From a virus (Duplodnaviria > Caudoviricetes): a stretch of DNA of 55,260 nucleotides. Of the stretch, positions 38,901 through 46,700 are shown one piece after another. Below the pieces are notes generated by a model that made no database searches, was not told the origin of the DNA, and saw only the letters and a list, made by a program, of their open reading frames with translations. Positions within the stretch are counted from its first letter, which is position 1; each line of letters opens with the position of its first letter. Made by a program: the position numbers and the translations under genes. Where the stretch lies: the IMG/VR virus record IMGVR_UViG_3300025191_000002, positions 1 to 55,260 of that record; one strand, given 5' to 3'.

Positions 38901-40768
38901 CTTTGCTCCGCTGCTGCCTGCTCTGTATCCTGCTTGGTGCCGTCATCACCTTTAATCGTCCAGCCAAAGCCATTATCAAAACTAACCGCTTTTGTTTTGT
39001 GGCCGGCTCTGCGTGCTGCGCGTGCTTCTTTACTTAGTAGCGCATCGCGTTTCGTTTTAAATGCTTCACCATTTTTAGCAACATTAACGCCGCTTTCGTT
39101 ACCGGCAAACACAATATCTTTTTGTGGCAATAAATTTTGCGAGTCTTTACCGGCTTGTTTTACACGCTCTGCTGCGCGTTGCTGTGGTCGGCCATCTTCA
39201 CCAAAAATAATATCTTTTTGTGCAATGCCTTTAGGCTGTGACTCAAGATCCGCTTGTGCTTGCTCGCGCATTTCACGGTTTTTAGTTTGCTCTGTTGTTG
39301 GCAGCTTGCCTTGCTCTGGTATTACTTGGCCGTCTATTGGTGCGTTTTCTATGCCTTGGGCGTTTTTAGCGTCTGGACCTAATAGCTCGCCTTCGTGCTG
39401 ATACTTTATAGGACTAAAGCGATCTTCTGGTGTAGGCGCTTTATTAAATGCGGCGGCCTTTACGCGTTCGTCTACTGTTGGTGAATTGTTGCCCGCCTCT
39501 AAATCTCTTAACGATTGCTGTGCGGGGCTGGTAAGCATATCACCATACTGGCCGGCTGCTTTTGTTGTCTGGTCAAAGCCTGCTTGTCTTGCGGCTGTTG
39601 GCGCATCGTAGTTAATATCATCATTTTTAAATACAGGCGTTTGCGTATCTTCTGGTATGGCCTGCTCTTGCGTTTCTGGCTGCACCGGCTCTGCTGCGGC
39701 TGCAAACAAAGGATCATCAATACCAAATTTTTCTTTCATTGTACGGGCAACAATTGCTGAGGCTTCAACCTCTGTAAAGCCTTGTTTAATTGCTGAGTCG
39801 TATTGCTGCTTTTTAACTGTTTCAATCGCTTCTTCTGGCGTTGCGCCTGCCTCAACAAGCTGATCTGCGCCTTCCTTAACTGTTTCTGCTGACTTTTGCT
39901 GATAGCCCATAGCCTTTTGAGCAGTTTCTGAGCCGGTACGCATAACGCCACCCACCAAAACGCCACCAACAAACGCCTCGTCTAAGCCTTCAAATTCATC
40001 AATGCTCTTGCCTGCGCCCCATTGCGCTAATGCTTCTTGCCCTGTTTCTGTTAAACCCTCTGCACCTGCGCCTTTTAGTATGCGCTTAGCAAAGCTTGGA
40101 TCGCGTACAGCTTCAACCAGCTCACCACGCCCCATGCGCTTAGCGGTTTCGACTACGCCATCTTTTAAAATATCTTTACCAAGTTGGCCCATGCTCACCT
40201 TGATACCTAAACGCTCAAGTAGCATTTGGCCGGCACCGGACGCAACCGCTTTAACTTCGTCTTTTTCGCCTTCGGGTTGTTTTTCGTAAGCTTCGTTAGA
40301 TAAACCGCCAGCCATACCAAACGCGCCGATACCTGTAGCCGCACCCGCCATATAAGGCAATGATCCCGCTACAAGTTCGCCGGTATAGCTACCCAAGCTG
40401 CTAAGGCCATCAATATCTTTATATGACTTAACGGTAGGCTCGTATGATTGCTGCTCCTTTACGTTACGATCTATGCCTTCTTGCGCCCACTTAGATAATG
40501 TACCTCCTTGACCTATAGCTTTGCCTATCGCGCCTGTTTGTTCTTCTTCTGGTACGCCAACGTCAGTAAAGCCCTTAACGGCTCGATAGCCAAGCTCTTG
40601 TACTTTATCAACACCCGCGCCAAATGCTGCAGATAAACCGCCCTCGGCTTCTGGCTGGCTTGGCTTTATAAGCCCACGGTTTACCGCTTCGTCATACATG
40701 GCTTTGTGCTTGCCTTTTAATAGGCCGCGTTCGTTAGCCTCAATTAATAGTTGTAATTTATCTGCCAT
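29993..40768 (-). CDS. Large polyvalent (DarB-like) virion protein: ParB-like, SF2 helicase, N6A methyltransferase, metallopeptidase, LPD38-like
   Basis: ITGRHRF (~38570); GTGTGKT (~36715), IADESQ (~36445), SATP (~36120), QIEGRIYR (~35215); LLEPSVG and NPPF (~34630); HETIAH (~33440); IPKPFELG (~30780). Confidence 0.88.
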   Translation of the reverse strand: MADKLQLLIEANERGLLKGKHKAMYDEAVNRGLIKPSQPEAEGGLSAAFGAGVDKVQELGYRAVKGFTDVGVPEEEQTGAIGKAIGQGGTLSKWAQEGIDRNVKEQQSYEPTVKSYKDIDGLSSLGSYTGELVAGSLPYMAGAATGIGAFGMAGGLSNEAYEKQPEGEKDEVKAVASGAGQMLLERLGIKVSMGQLGKDILKDGVVETAKRMGRGELVEAVRDPSFAKRILKGAGAEGLTETGQEALAQWGAGKSIDEFEGLDEAFVGGVLVGGVMRTGSETAQKAMGYQQKSAETVKEGADQLVEAGATPEEAIETVKKQQYDSAIKQGFTEVEASAIVARTMKEKFGIDDPLFAAAAEPVQPETQEQAIPEDTQTPVFKNDDINYDAPTAARQAGFDQTTKAAGQYGDMLTSPAQQSLRDLEAGNNSPTVDERVKAAAFNKAPTPEDRFSPIKYQHEGELLGPDAKNAQGIENAPIDGQVIPEQGKLPTTEQTKNREMREQAQADLESQPKGIAQKDIIFGEDGRPQQRAAERVKQAGKDSQNLLPQKDIVFAGNESGVNVAKNGEAFKTKRDALLSKEARAARRAGHKTKAVSFDNGFGWTIKGDDGTKQDTEQAAAEQSPESDTVAQNEQGDQAQPAQQEGEALSLNVDAAPGKDEDDKNIAVNDKVNGVQVIDTPVSELSLSKDIPQFKSGSNTDGVVEPLTGKFDPVGMSPVQVWVRNNGNKEIITGRHRFDLAKRDGVENIPAQYHYESDGFTADDGKRLDAILNIREDKGQVEDYVELFKQDGITESEAKQYGLLDRATGRTAFKIANSATNETIEAQRTGRISAQAAEAIADAAPGNERLQVLGIKSIADDQRSITFAKNLIHAVSALDANQGQGGQSGDLFGFDDSAMQEAEQMAKVAATKQREIRNRLSAIRGAANKPEIAAAEGVNVKDPKALKERTNELANEVKAWDSWHTNPSMVQQIRDSISAPKDGKSAPSTAPITETEAEPESIEQDNGPDMFGDSEPPLFDQEPTTQSNNPEFPDSSDKPKPQSKLDNAANAISDKKREAAERLKKLINSRKGQFNSGIDPEVMVAVAEVGALSIAEGAVKFAQWARDVLNTTRAVGIKDEDVKPFLKEAYGAMSANPERYNIDESTADSMDLPRSVRKFDISTIESESNVPTTGENLEQNSQGTDQKSKPENINDDESNGSKQSNGPSKSDTKQEQRSDSEPSLSANDGTLLGERGVDDLFNESGNVKGTANTGSAGNDGRSNSDNDARAQAEHGPATATNEATERLATDLQAEQTAAKKSHNAQWGNESDILKSVPVLMPEQAGDIAKIENRFFGAENPGTGYQNTNGTGTGKTFVGLGVLKRFEQTGKTNALVAVPNDGIAQQWIQAAKEHFGLDVYLIGSDGGAKAKDAGRGITITTYATLGSNDRLIRDRKAFDIIIADESQNLMGSQQAKVTNALDSLRALTNHEAGSNRRAKAYLTDEIEALDKKIKAKAKRFEADGEAKPKALAEAKSFYQKDLTKLHDKIKSLASKFKEEGPTDSKVLFLSATPFPYVKNLDYAEGYLFNYTDYGDKFEGGYDNAFTGRNAFYIQNFGYRWRYHKLNTPGADVDQSLMERQFHEAMKEKGVLGGRTLEVEADYRRDFIKVETAAGEKLDDLIEKWRDHSVDGEAEGETSERPYSELADILNKTFDYTQKIKLTEAIKAEEAVNRVKEHVKKGRKVVLFHSYNVGGSFDPIEKVRQLKPELMAQFESEFPGMTNIDFGVLARPLDLFADEFGNSVRFYNGNVPDKARKEAKDLFNKDNSGVDIIVVQQEAGEAGISLHDITGGKQRVLINIGMPVKPTQFIQIEGRIYRVGVKTDAQFENLTTGTAFERNIFASKIAGRASTAENLAMGEFARSLKESISEGYLDAAYLPVKEDIGKGGKVSDRPTEINDWDRAKSFYYANLKRNAGTKSAEGDDYFATPEPLGKKMVEWLQPSPGNRLLEPSVGHAAIGRWFPGTTRNKATEKSFKLTSLAQMNFPGEVDNIPFEDLNVINKFEGIPMNPPFGKGGKLAYDHIRKAITHLVNGGRIVALVPDGPAANKRLDALLTDEKLTNIYQAAEIDLPAGVFDRAGTGVKTKIIVLDRFDNEADAPAMQRISFTGAKDINELFERIKDVELKQRNQPTAKVYDIDQYMDASSEPTTNRKGESVFKVQLYGFLPTDVKSVIDKEATSEFGAIATRDEQVYTLDNDEARQDFANFIAQTIEEAKESGIEFNFSPPKKKVRVEGQQSNEHFEATGETYTTKRGKEFLVTEMKNRQEREVYSALKELAKEFGGWARGQKFMFSNLDDMTQFNAQAKSVISGDNDIKFSKSKVKQNAKGVNAKQAQTIADDFIESLNGANGIKVRILSTTAEAEKMWRMSLDGATVKGAYSEMSNTVYVIAENIDSETDLKQTLAHETIAHGGLDTVIGKEAKQAFIDRIKKTKGRKAFEQYWKDANNDYWDMNDDVKAEEIFARFVENEPSKGEVKYWWNALKRFIRKQLDKLGIVYREDDELTAMREMLESIVKGFKAQRDPAGQKESNLAYSQSGKKLSRTTGGDTGDTGFNGEINKPINIEKVKKPISWVIDNIDNFGQSDIESVLNQLDSNGFWKGTDSYTAKQAIKSLTADYSPLEKQVVKNGLTVRDISPVSAELDVKSNNFYNNDFSDLSPQLKDDIIGYLERDGISDYEAHKLSGSTEPFKFSRTAEEDTRTAKQKLGLEEQAAKTFSDMAKDKVNETIDTLKSSPFWNRLNEGIFDGLSGIKNAEIAAGVTDPNRQGYVSARLASGLADVLHGVFNYGAPQWRDGIVQRKEGTKGLLEVFGMVGDDLNNWLAWMGAHRAEQLKAQGKENNLSDADIAELKALANGKERLFEQTRLEYNKINSAILDMAQQAGLLSSAQRAGFDEEYYVPFFRDMGETDPEMDDIKRMIVEPHTRKGISGQSAQIKKLKGGTQSTKDLLENIIARQSTLIDASLKNKAMQEVVNNLDGTDYLKSETSEDIASLSQQDLNKLGKVKVMVNGKPQAYVVSDPALLRALIQVNDIGSRSLFNKIGRSAKRFLTAGITLSPDFIFKNFVRDAAQAWMINKDGFTFGSDSAKGLKKAFKEDESYRNLIFSGAAFQGGYIHGADPEAGAQQMRRALRAKGLTSKEVEGYMATIVTSGATLLEKYRGISDKFENANRLSTYEAAIAAGKSKRQAAYEAKDLMDYSLKGNFALIGTMIDMLPFFNARLQGMSKLVRAAKASNDDRVLRVLSANLAMKGVKVAAFSLALAWANDDDEEYQQLPDWDKDMNWHIFAYGEHIRIPKPFELGIVFGTMPERLFHYGTGTQTDKDLGKAVANAVFNTMALNPIPQMVLPAAEVMINKSFFKQAPIEGMADQNKQAEDRYNAYTSDTAKAIAQQFGVSPKKVEHLVKGYTGTIGGYVLGASDIVARMITGKVAPETPVSRYPVVKAFYQGSGPKTNTKFANDFYEALDAANQAYGSYKRAMELGDTARQQELIEKDGKKLRSKATLAKVQRMVSKLRKVQKAINDNDKLSAAKKRAKLDEIQRKINAIYHKAYVALNLGEW

Positions 40769-40769
40769 G

Positions 40770-41948
40770 TTATTGCGCTCCTAACGCACCGGTAAGTTGT
40801 TGTAGTAATTGATCATCGCTAAGGTTATTAAGATCAACGTCCTTCCCTGCGTTGTCGCCACCTTCACCACTAGGCGCTTTAACGCCATAAGCATTTTGAA
40901 GCTGATTAATGCGGCTCTGATATAGGTCTTTTACGCGCTTTTTCGCGGCTTCTCTGCCGCCATCTTCTAGGTAATCCAAGTCTGAACCGCCCTCAATTTT
41001 GGCAAGGGCTTTGGTCATTTCATCTTGAATAGAGTTGAGTTGTTTTTGATAATCGTTGCCACGGCTTGAGCTGGCTTTTGTGCCACGGCCAAAGTTAGCC
41101 GCAACCTCTGCGCCCATTTTATCCCAATATTCGGGGCGCTCTATCATATCAGCCATCATGGCACGTGCTTTGATAGTGCCTACTAACTCTTTAGGCGTGT
41201 ACGTCATTACAGGATCATCACCCTCAGACGTTCGGCCTTTGGTCATTGGCTTGATTTCTTTTGCGCCGTTTTCATAAGTGACTTGTAACGCTAAGGCTAC
41301 GCTGCCGTCTTTACGCTCTGCCGGCACAAAGCCAGCAAAATCGACACTGGCAATTTTTGATTTAACGGTCTCGTCATATTGACCAACGGATGAATTAATC
41401 TTGTCTTTGAATACACCGTTAAATAACTTAATGGTTTCAGGTGAATTGGCCTCGGCCATGTTTCCGCTTTTAATCACCGTATCAAGCTTTGTGCTAAGCC
41501 CTTTAACCGCTTCGCGGTATTCCGGCTTCATATATGTGCGCGGGTCCATTCCTTTGTTGCGTGCAAGTACATCGCTTAATTCTTCTGGCACTTGGCCTGT
41601 CTCTCTAAACGACTGCCACGCTACGGGTATTGCTTGCTGATCTTTTTGCCACTGCGCCTGCTGCATTTGGTAGTTTTGCTGCCACTGCCTTTGCTGCTGG
41701 TTCGCTTCAAGCGTGCTATTGCGGTAATCTTCGCTTGCTTTAGCTTGGCTTTCGCGCCATTTTAAATCCTGCTCGCGATTGTTTTTTCGTTCTTCATCTA
41801 ACTGCGCTTGTCGCTCTAAACTATCTTGATAGCGTTGGTCGTTGCGTTTATCCATATCAGCTAACCGGGCTTTATTATCTTTTCGTGCTTGATGGCGTTC
41901 CATCATTTCAAAGCCTTTCAATGCACCATCTACAAATGCGCCTGCCAT
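40770..41948 (-). CDS. Probable ejection/internal virion protein
   Basis: Helical Q/E-rich protein directly before the giant gene. Confidence 0.6.
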   Translation of the reverse strand: MAGAFVDGALKGFEMMERHQARKDNKARLADMDKRNDQRYQDSLERQAQLDEERKNNREQDLKWRESQAKASEDYRNSTLEANQQQRQWQQNYQMQQAQWQKDQQAIPVAWQSFRETGQVPEELSDVLARNKGMDPRTYMKPEYREAVKGLSTKLDTVIKSGNMAEANSPETIKLFNGVFKDKINSSVGQYDETVKSKIASVDFAGFVPAERKDGSVALALQVTYENGAKEIKPMTKGRTSEGDDPVMTYTPKELVGTIKARAMMADMIERPEYWDKMGAEVAANFGRGTKASSSRGNDYQKQLNSIQDEMTKALAKIEGGSDLDYLEDGGREAAKKRVKDLYQSRINQLQNAYGVKAPSGEGGDNAGKDVDLNNLSDDQLLQQLTGALGAQ

Positions 41949-41958
41949 ACATTACCCC

Positions 41959-42195
41959 TTAAAGTGAACCCGCAACTAAGCCAATAGCGCCACCAATAGC
42001 CGCACCCCAAGGACCACCAACGGAAAAGCCGACCATTGCGCCCGATGCCGCGCCGCTCATTTGCGCGCTTTTCTGCTGCTGATCTAAATTATCATTTGTC
42101 ATTTCACGGTTTTGTTCCATATCCGACAATGTTTTAAGTGAGCCTGTGGCCTTGTTCTTCGTACTTTGGCCTGCTTGCATAATTGAATAGCCCAT
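41959..42195 (-). CDS. Small glycine-zipper protein, probable ejection protein
   Basis: GAASGAMVGFSVGGPWGAAIGGAIGLVAG; start at MGYS. Confidence 0.65.
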   Translation of the reverse strand: MGYSIMQAGQSTKNKATGSLKTLSDMEQNREMTNDNLDQQQKSAQMSGAASGAMVGFSVGGPWGAAIGGAIGLVAGSL

Positions 42196-42196
42196 A

Positions 42197-42631
42197 TTAG
42201 CTACCTCCAATATCAGCTAGAGACTTAGGCGCGCCGCCTTGCCCCGTTAGTATTTGGTTTTGTAAATCGTCTACAGATTCACGCGTTTCATTGTTTACAG
42301 AGGCCGTTGTAAGGCTTTTTAAAAGGCCTGTATTAGCACTGCTTTGTTTTGTTTCGTCCGGTGTTAAACCGTATCGGCCTAAGCGCTGTGCCTCGGCCAC
42401 TTCTGATTGCTTAAACGAAGTGGCGATATTTTTTCCATTGCGCTCTAATTGCTCATTTAACAATTTGTCGCTGGTAGCAAGACCGAACAATTCTTCTTGA
42501 ACTGGTAAGAAACGGTTTTTGTAATCTTCAAATTGCTGGCGAGTTAGATCCGCTAATGCGTCTTGATAACTGGCTGTTCTGATATTGGTGGTATCAATAT
42601 CGTAAATATCGTATTCAAAATCATCGTCCAT
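42197..42631 (-). CDS. Probable internal virion protein
   Basis: LADLTRQQFEDYK.RFLP...RYG motif; operon position. Confidence 0.6.
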   Translation of the reverse strand: MDDDFEYDIYDIDTTNIRTASYQDALADLTRQQFEDYKNRFLPVQEELFGLATSDKLLNEQLERNGKNIATSFKQSEVAEAQRLGRYGLTPDETKQSSANTGLLKSLTTASVNNETRESVDDLQNQILTGQGGAPKSLADIGGS

Positions 42632-42640
42632 ACATTTCTC

Positions 42641-43276
42641 CTACGTGGTCCATTGGTTAGAATTATTGCTCGGCGTGCCTGTGATCACGTTATCCATATC
42701 AGCGAGCCCGTCATCTGCTGGCAAATTGCTGTAATAGCTACCGGCTGCGCCAGCCAATGCACCCGCAGCACCTAACACTGAGTCTGTTTGCTGTCGGCTA
42801 TTGCTGGCATCATTAAATGCTTTTTGTTGCGAGCTTGCTGCTATGTCGCTAAGCGTTGCTGTCGCCTCTTGTGATTGCCCTTGGCCCATCGCCATTACAT
42901 TGCTCATTTTGCCTATGTAACGCTCTTGGCCGGCCACTTGTGATCGTGACTTAGCATCGCTTGTTACTGACGCTTCATTGTCTGCCATATCACTAACAAC
43001 GCTTTTAAATTTACCGCTATTGGGGTTTATGCCGTTGGCTTCCATGCTTGATAGTGCGTTATTGCTGGCATCTGAAAACGATTTTTTATAACCAATATTG
43101 GTGTTCTCGGCTATGTCATCGTAAACACTTTCGTCATTGGCCTGCTTAGCATCTTCAATAACCTGATTTTCAAATGGAACAATGTTCTCTTGGTAGTAGC
43201 CCCATTCCTCGGCATATACTTTTGCTAGCTCTTTTTCATATTCGGTTTCTTTAACTTCGCCGCTGGATTTACCCAT
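42641..43276 (-). CDS. Probable ejection protein
   Basis: MGKSSG start, GINPNSG motif, C-terminal GAAGALAGAAG. Confidence 0.6.
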   Translation of the reverse strand: MGKSSGEVKETEYEKELAKVYAEEWGYYQENIVPFENQVIEDAKQANDESVYDDIAENTNIGYKKSFSDASNNALSSMEANGINPNSGKFKSVVSDMADNEASVTSDAKSRSQVAGQERYIGKMSNVMAMGQGQSQEATATLSDIAASSQQKAFNDASNSRQQTDSVLGAAGALAGAAGSYYSNLPADDGLADMDNVITGTPSNNSNQWTT

Positions 43277-43278
43277 TA

Positions 43279-43695
43279 CTATTCCCCTAAAAAATGCCGC
43301 CACACGGTTAGATCATCACGCACGCCAGCGTGAACCCAACCATGCAAGGGGGCTACTTTGTTAAAACCGCGTCTAGCGGTTGCAAATTCGATAAAGCTAG
43401 CCTTGCCGCACTTAGCAAGCCTAATGATGTGGTGTAAGTATCGCTGTGTAGCGTTCCCGCCATGGCAAGACGCGACAGTGATCTCAATATATGTTTGGTT
43501 TTCAATGTGGCGCGGCCACAAGATAAAGAAACCATCAGGCACCAAAAACAAAAAAGCCCACTCGTTTGAGCAGGCTTTGTCGATTTCTTGGTATAGGTGT
43601 GGGTCGTTTGCAATATTGCCTATTCGAGTTATTGGCTCTTTAAGCCGGTCACGGTACTTAGACCATGACACGCATTGCAGGTGTGACTTTTCCAT
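43279..43695 (-). CDS. Possible GNAT-like virion assembly protein
   Basis: AFLFL..DGFFIL...LAK.G.A.FIEF.T.RRGF...GW; position resembles acetyltransferase-like genes preceding podovirus ejection proteins. Confidence 0.5.
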   Translation of the reverse strand: MEKSHLQCVSWSKYRDRLKEPITRIGNIANDPHLYQEIDKACSNEWAFLFLVPDGFFILWPRHIENQTYIEITVASCHGGNATQRYLHHIIRLAKCGKASFIEFATARRGFNKVAPLHGWVHAGVRDDLTVWRHFLGE

Positions 43696-43704
43696 TGTGA
43701 TAAA

Positions 43705-43733
43705 ATATTAACCTATTATGGGGGGTTTATCCA
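43705..43733 (-). promoter_or_regulatory. Candidate second late promoter sharing spacer motif with pR'
   Basis: TGGATA-17-TAATAT; AAACCCCCCA at 43728-43719 is identical to 9406-9397. Confidence 0.45.
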
Positions 43734-46700
43734 TTATGAAATTGTAGAACCGTCCTTGAAAACCCTCGCTACTATTCTCTGCGGTAAAGTGCCAACTTCC
43801 TCACCTGGGCCGCCTTTGCTTATCCTAACGTACACCGTCCTGCTTGAGTTTGCAGGTATAGTAGCAAGTAAGATTGCCGATATTCTATCGCCTGTATCTA
43901 GGTTTGTTTGCTCTGTCACGCTATCTCTAGCTGACGAGTAACCAGACATGTAAAGTTTAAGTGTTGTACTCGATGCGTTAGAGTTAGATGATGGATTACT
44001 AGAAACCCTAATGCCATCAATCATTATTTTTCGTTGGAATGGCTGGCTTGAAACTGAAAACCTCACAACCTCGACTTCACCAGATCCAGAGTTAGTAATT
44101 CGACCAATATTCTTTGTTGTTAAATCAATAACATCACCATCAAGATTCTGCGCGTAAACAGTACCGTAAAAGCTCGCATTTTGGCCGAACAATTGGTTTA
44201 TGTAAGCCTGGTCTATTTGAGCAGAGCCAATAGCGCCATTAGCAATATACGTAGTTACATTTGAACTCAATATTTTACTAAGTCCTGCAAATGGACCAAG
44301 TGAAGGCTTGCCCGTTATGCTGTCATATGCAAGTGAGTTTAAATAAGCCAGCGAGCCCAGTGCGGGTTTCCCTGTTACCTCGCTGTAGTCAACTGAATTT
44401 TTAAATGCTAAATCTCTAAAAGCTGGCTTGCCGCTCAAGTCGTTATAACCTAGCTCACTTAAAAATGCGAACGCCCCTAGATTTGGCCTGCCGCTTATTT
44501 CGTTGTAAGCCAAAGAGTCTTTAGAGGCTAAGTTACCTAGCCCTGTCACTTTAGAGGACGGTATAGCGCCTGTAGATGACATAACAACGTTGCCGTTATT
44601 ATCTTTAATGGTTACAGATTGAAGCGTGGCGCTTTTAGCAAGCATGTTGCCGTTCGGGTCAATTGAAAAATTACCACTTCTTGCGCCGTTGCTTGGGTTA
44701 TAGTTAATTGATGGTGTTGTCAGTCTTGAGCTAACAAGCAATCTATTGGCAAGCAGGTCATCAGTGACCAGGCTTTTTATAAATGCCTCGTCAATAATCG
44801 CCGTATTAATTACTGTCTTGCCATCCGATACAGCAAAAATAGGTGTTAAGTTGGTAGGATCTTGATCTGTGATAACAGCAAACTTAGCGCCTTTAACTGC
44901 GAATATAGGTTCAACACCGTCATTCACAAGACCAAGACTTGTTGTGAGTCCATTAACAGTAGACTTGACACCCCATAATGCGCTGTACTCACCTTGGTTT
45001 GTTGCGACAGTTTCGCTTACTATTTGTAGTGAAGATCTTACGCCGTTTACTTCGGATAGCAGTGTTTCAGACGCGGTTGCTATCGCTTGGTCTGCTTCTG
45101 TTTTGGTGGTGTAATTATTGACGATAAGCGCGCCAATGCTGTCGCCCTCTGGATCTTCTATAAGTGACCTAAGCGCGTTGGTTGCTGAGCTTATGGCACT
45201 ATTTGTATCAGACTTTGTGTAATAGTTAAGTTGTAAGTCCGCGCCTATGCTGCTGCCTTCGGGATCTTCAATAGTTGCACGTAGCGCAGTATCCGCACTG
45301 GCTATTGCTTCGCCTACTTTTGCGCTAGTTAAGTAGTTGTTTAATAGGTCAGCTGAAACATTATCAATATCGCTATCTAGCTTTTCTATTATTTCTGCGG
45401 TTGCCTCTGTGCTACTTGCAAACGTTGATTGGAGTTCATACAGGGTTGCTCGGTTTTCACCCATTGCAGCATTTAAAACCGTTAGAGACTCAGCAAAAGC
45501 GCTTTGTTCATTAGCAAAAACATTTTGCCTTTGTATTATATCCGCCTCGGCTATCGTCCTTCGCTCTTGCTCCAAGTCATTAGCTAAAGCGTTTTCAATT
45601 GCGGCTATAGCGCTTGTTTCATACTCCGCTCTTAATTGCTGGTTTGTTGAAGCGCTTGATTGCTCCGCATCTGCTTTGGTTTCATACTCATTAAATAACG
45701 TAGCGCCAAGGCTGTTGCCCTGCGGATCTTCAATTTCGCTTTTTAGTATTGTTGTGGCTTGGCTTATCGCTTGCTCTGTCTCTATAGAGGTTAAAAAGTT
45801 TTCGTAAATATCAGAGGTAGCCCCTTCTATTGCGCTTTGCATTGCGTTTGTTGCTTGGCTTATAGCGCTTTCTGTATCGACTTTCGTTAAATAATTAACT
45901 TCAAGGAATGCCTTGTTTTCATCTACCTTTGTATTTAGCTGTAGAATGTCGCTTGCTGTTGAGTTGGTTGCGTCCGAGAATGCCGCGCTTAACTGCGTTA
46001 ACTTTGATTCGCTTTCGAGAAAGTTTGTTTCAATAACAGTGATTGATTGCGCTAACGCTTCTGTTTGGCTAGTTGTAGCCTCTTGAGTCCTTAATATATT
46101 AGCGGTAACAATTCTTTGTTGGTCTGCCTGCTGATCATTAGCTAGCGCATTTTCAATAACAGCTTGTGCCAACGGCTCGTTTGCAAGCTCAACTTCACTG
46201 CTTAGCTGAAATATAGCTCTTGATACTGCTTCTTCTACGCTGACCTTTGTGCTGTATTCGTGAAATAGCGTAGCACCTATGCTGTTACCCATAGGATCTT
46301 CAATTTCAGCTTTAAGCAATTGAGCCGATGATGTTATTGCTTCGTTGGTTTCTGTTTTGGTGTAGTAATCTTGCGTGAGTGTCGCGCTTACTTCTTCGTC
46401 TATCGTAGATTTAAGCTGCGTTGTTGCCTGGCTAATAGCTGAATTAGTTTCTACCGTAGTGCTGTAATCTTGTTTTATTAGCGAGCCTAGACTTTCACCG
46501 TCCGGATCTTCTATCTCACTTTTTAACTGTAGGCCATAAGCTGCTATTGCATTGTCTGTCGCAGTTGATGTGTAGTAATCGTTAAATAGCGTAGCACCTA
46601 CGCTGTCGCCTTCGGGGTTTTCAATTAATGATCTAAGCGTTTGCGTTGCAGCGGCTATCGCTTCGTCTGTAGTCGCTTTGGTGTAGTAGGTATTTGCAAT

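Noticed and set aside
41959-42195. Glycine-zipper protein as a bacteriocin
   Set aside because: Sits within the ejection-protein operon with no transporter or immunity gene; a membrane-penetrating virion protein is more parsimonious.
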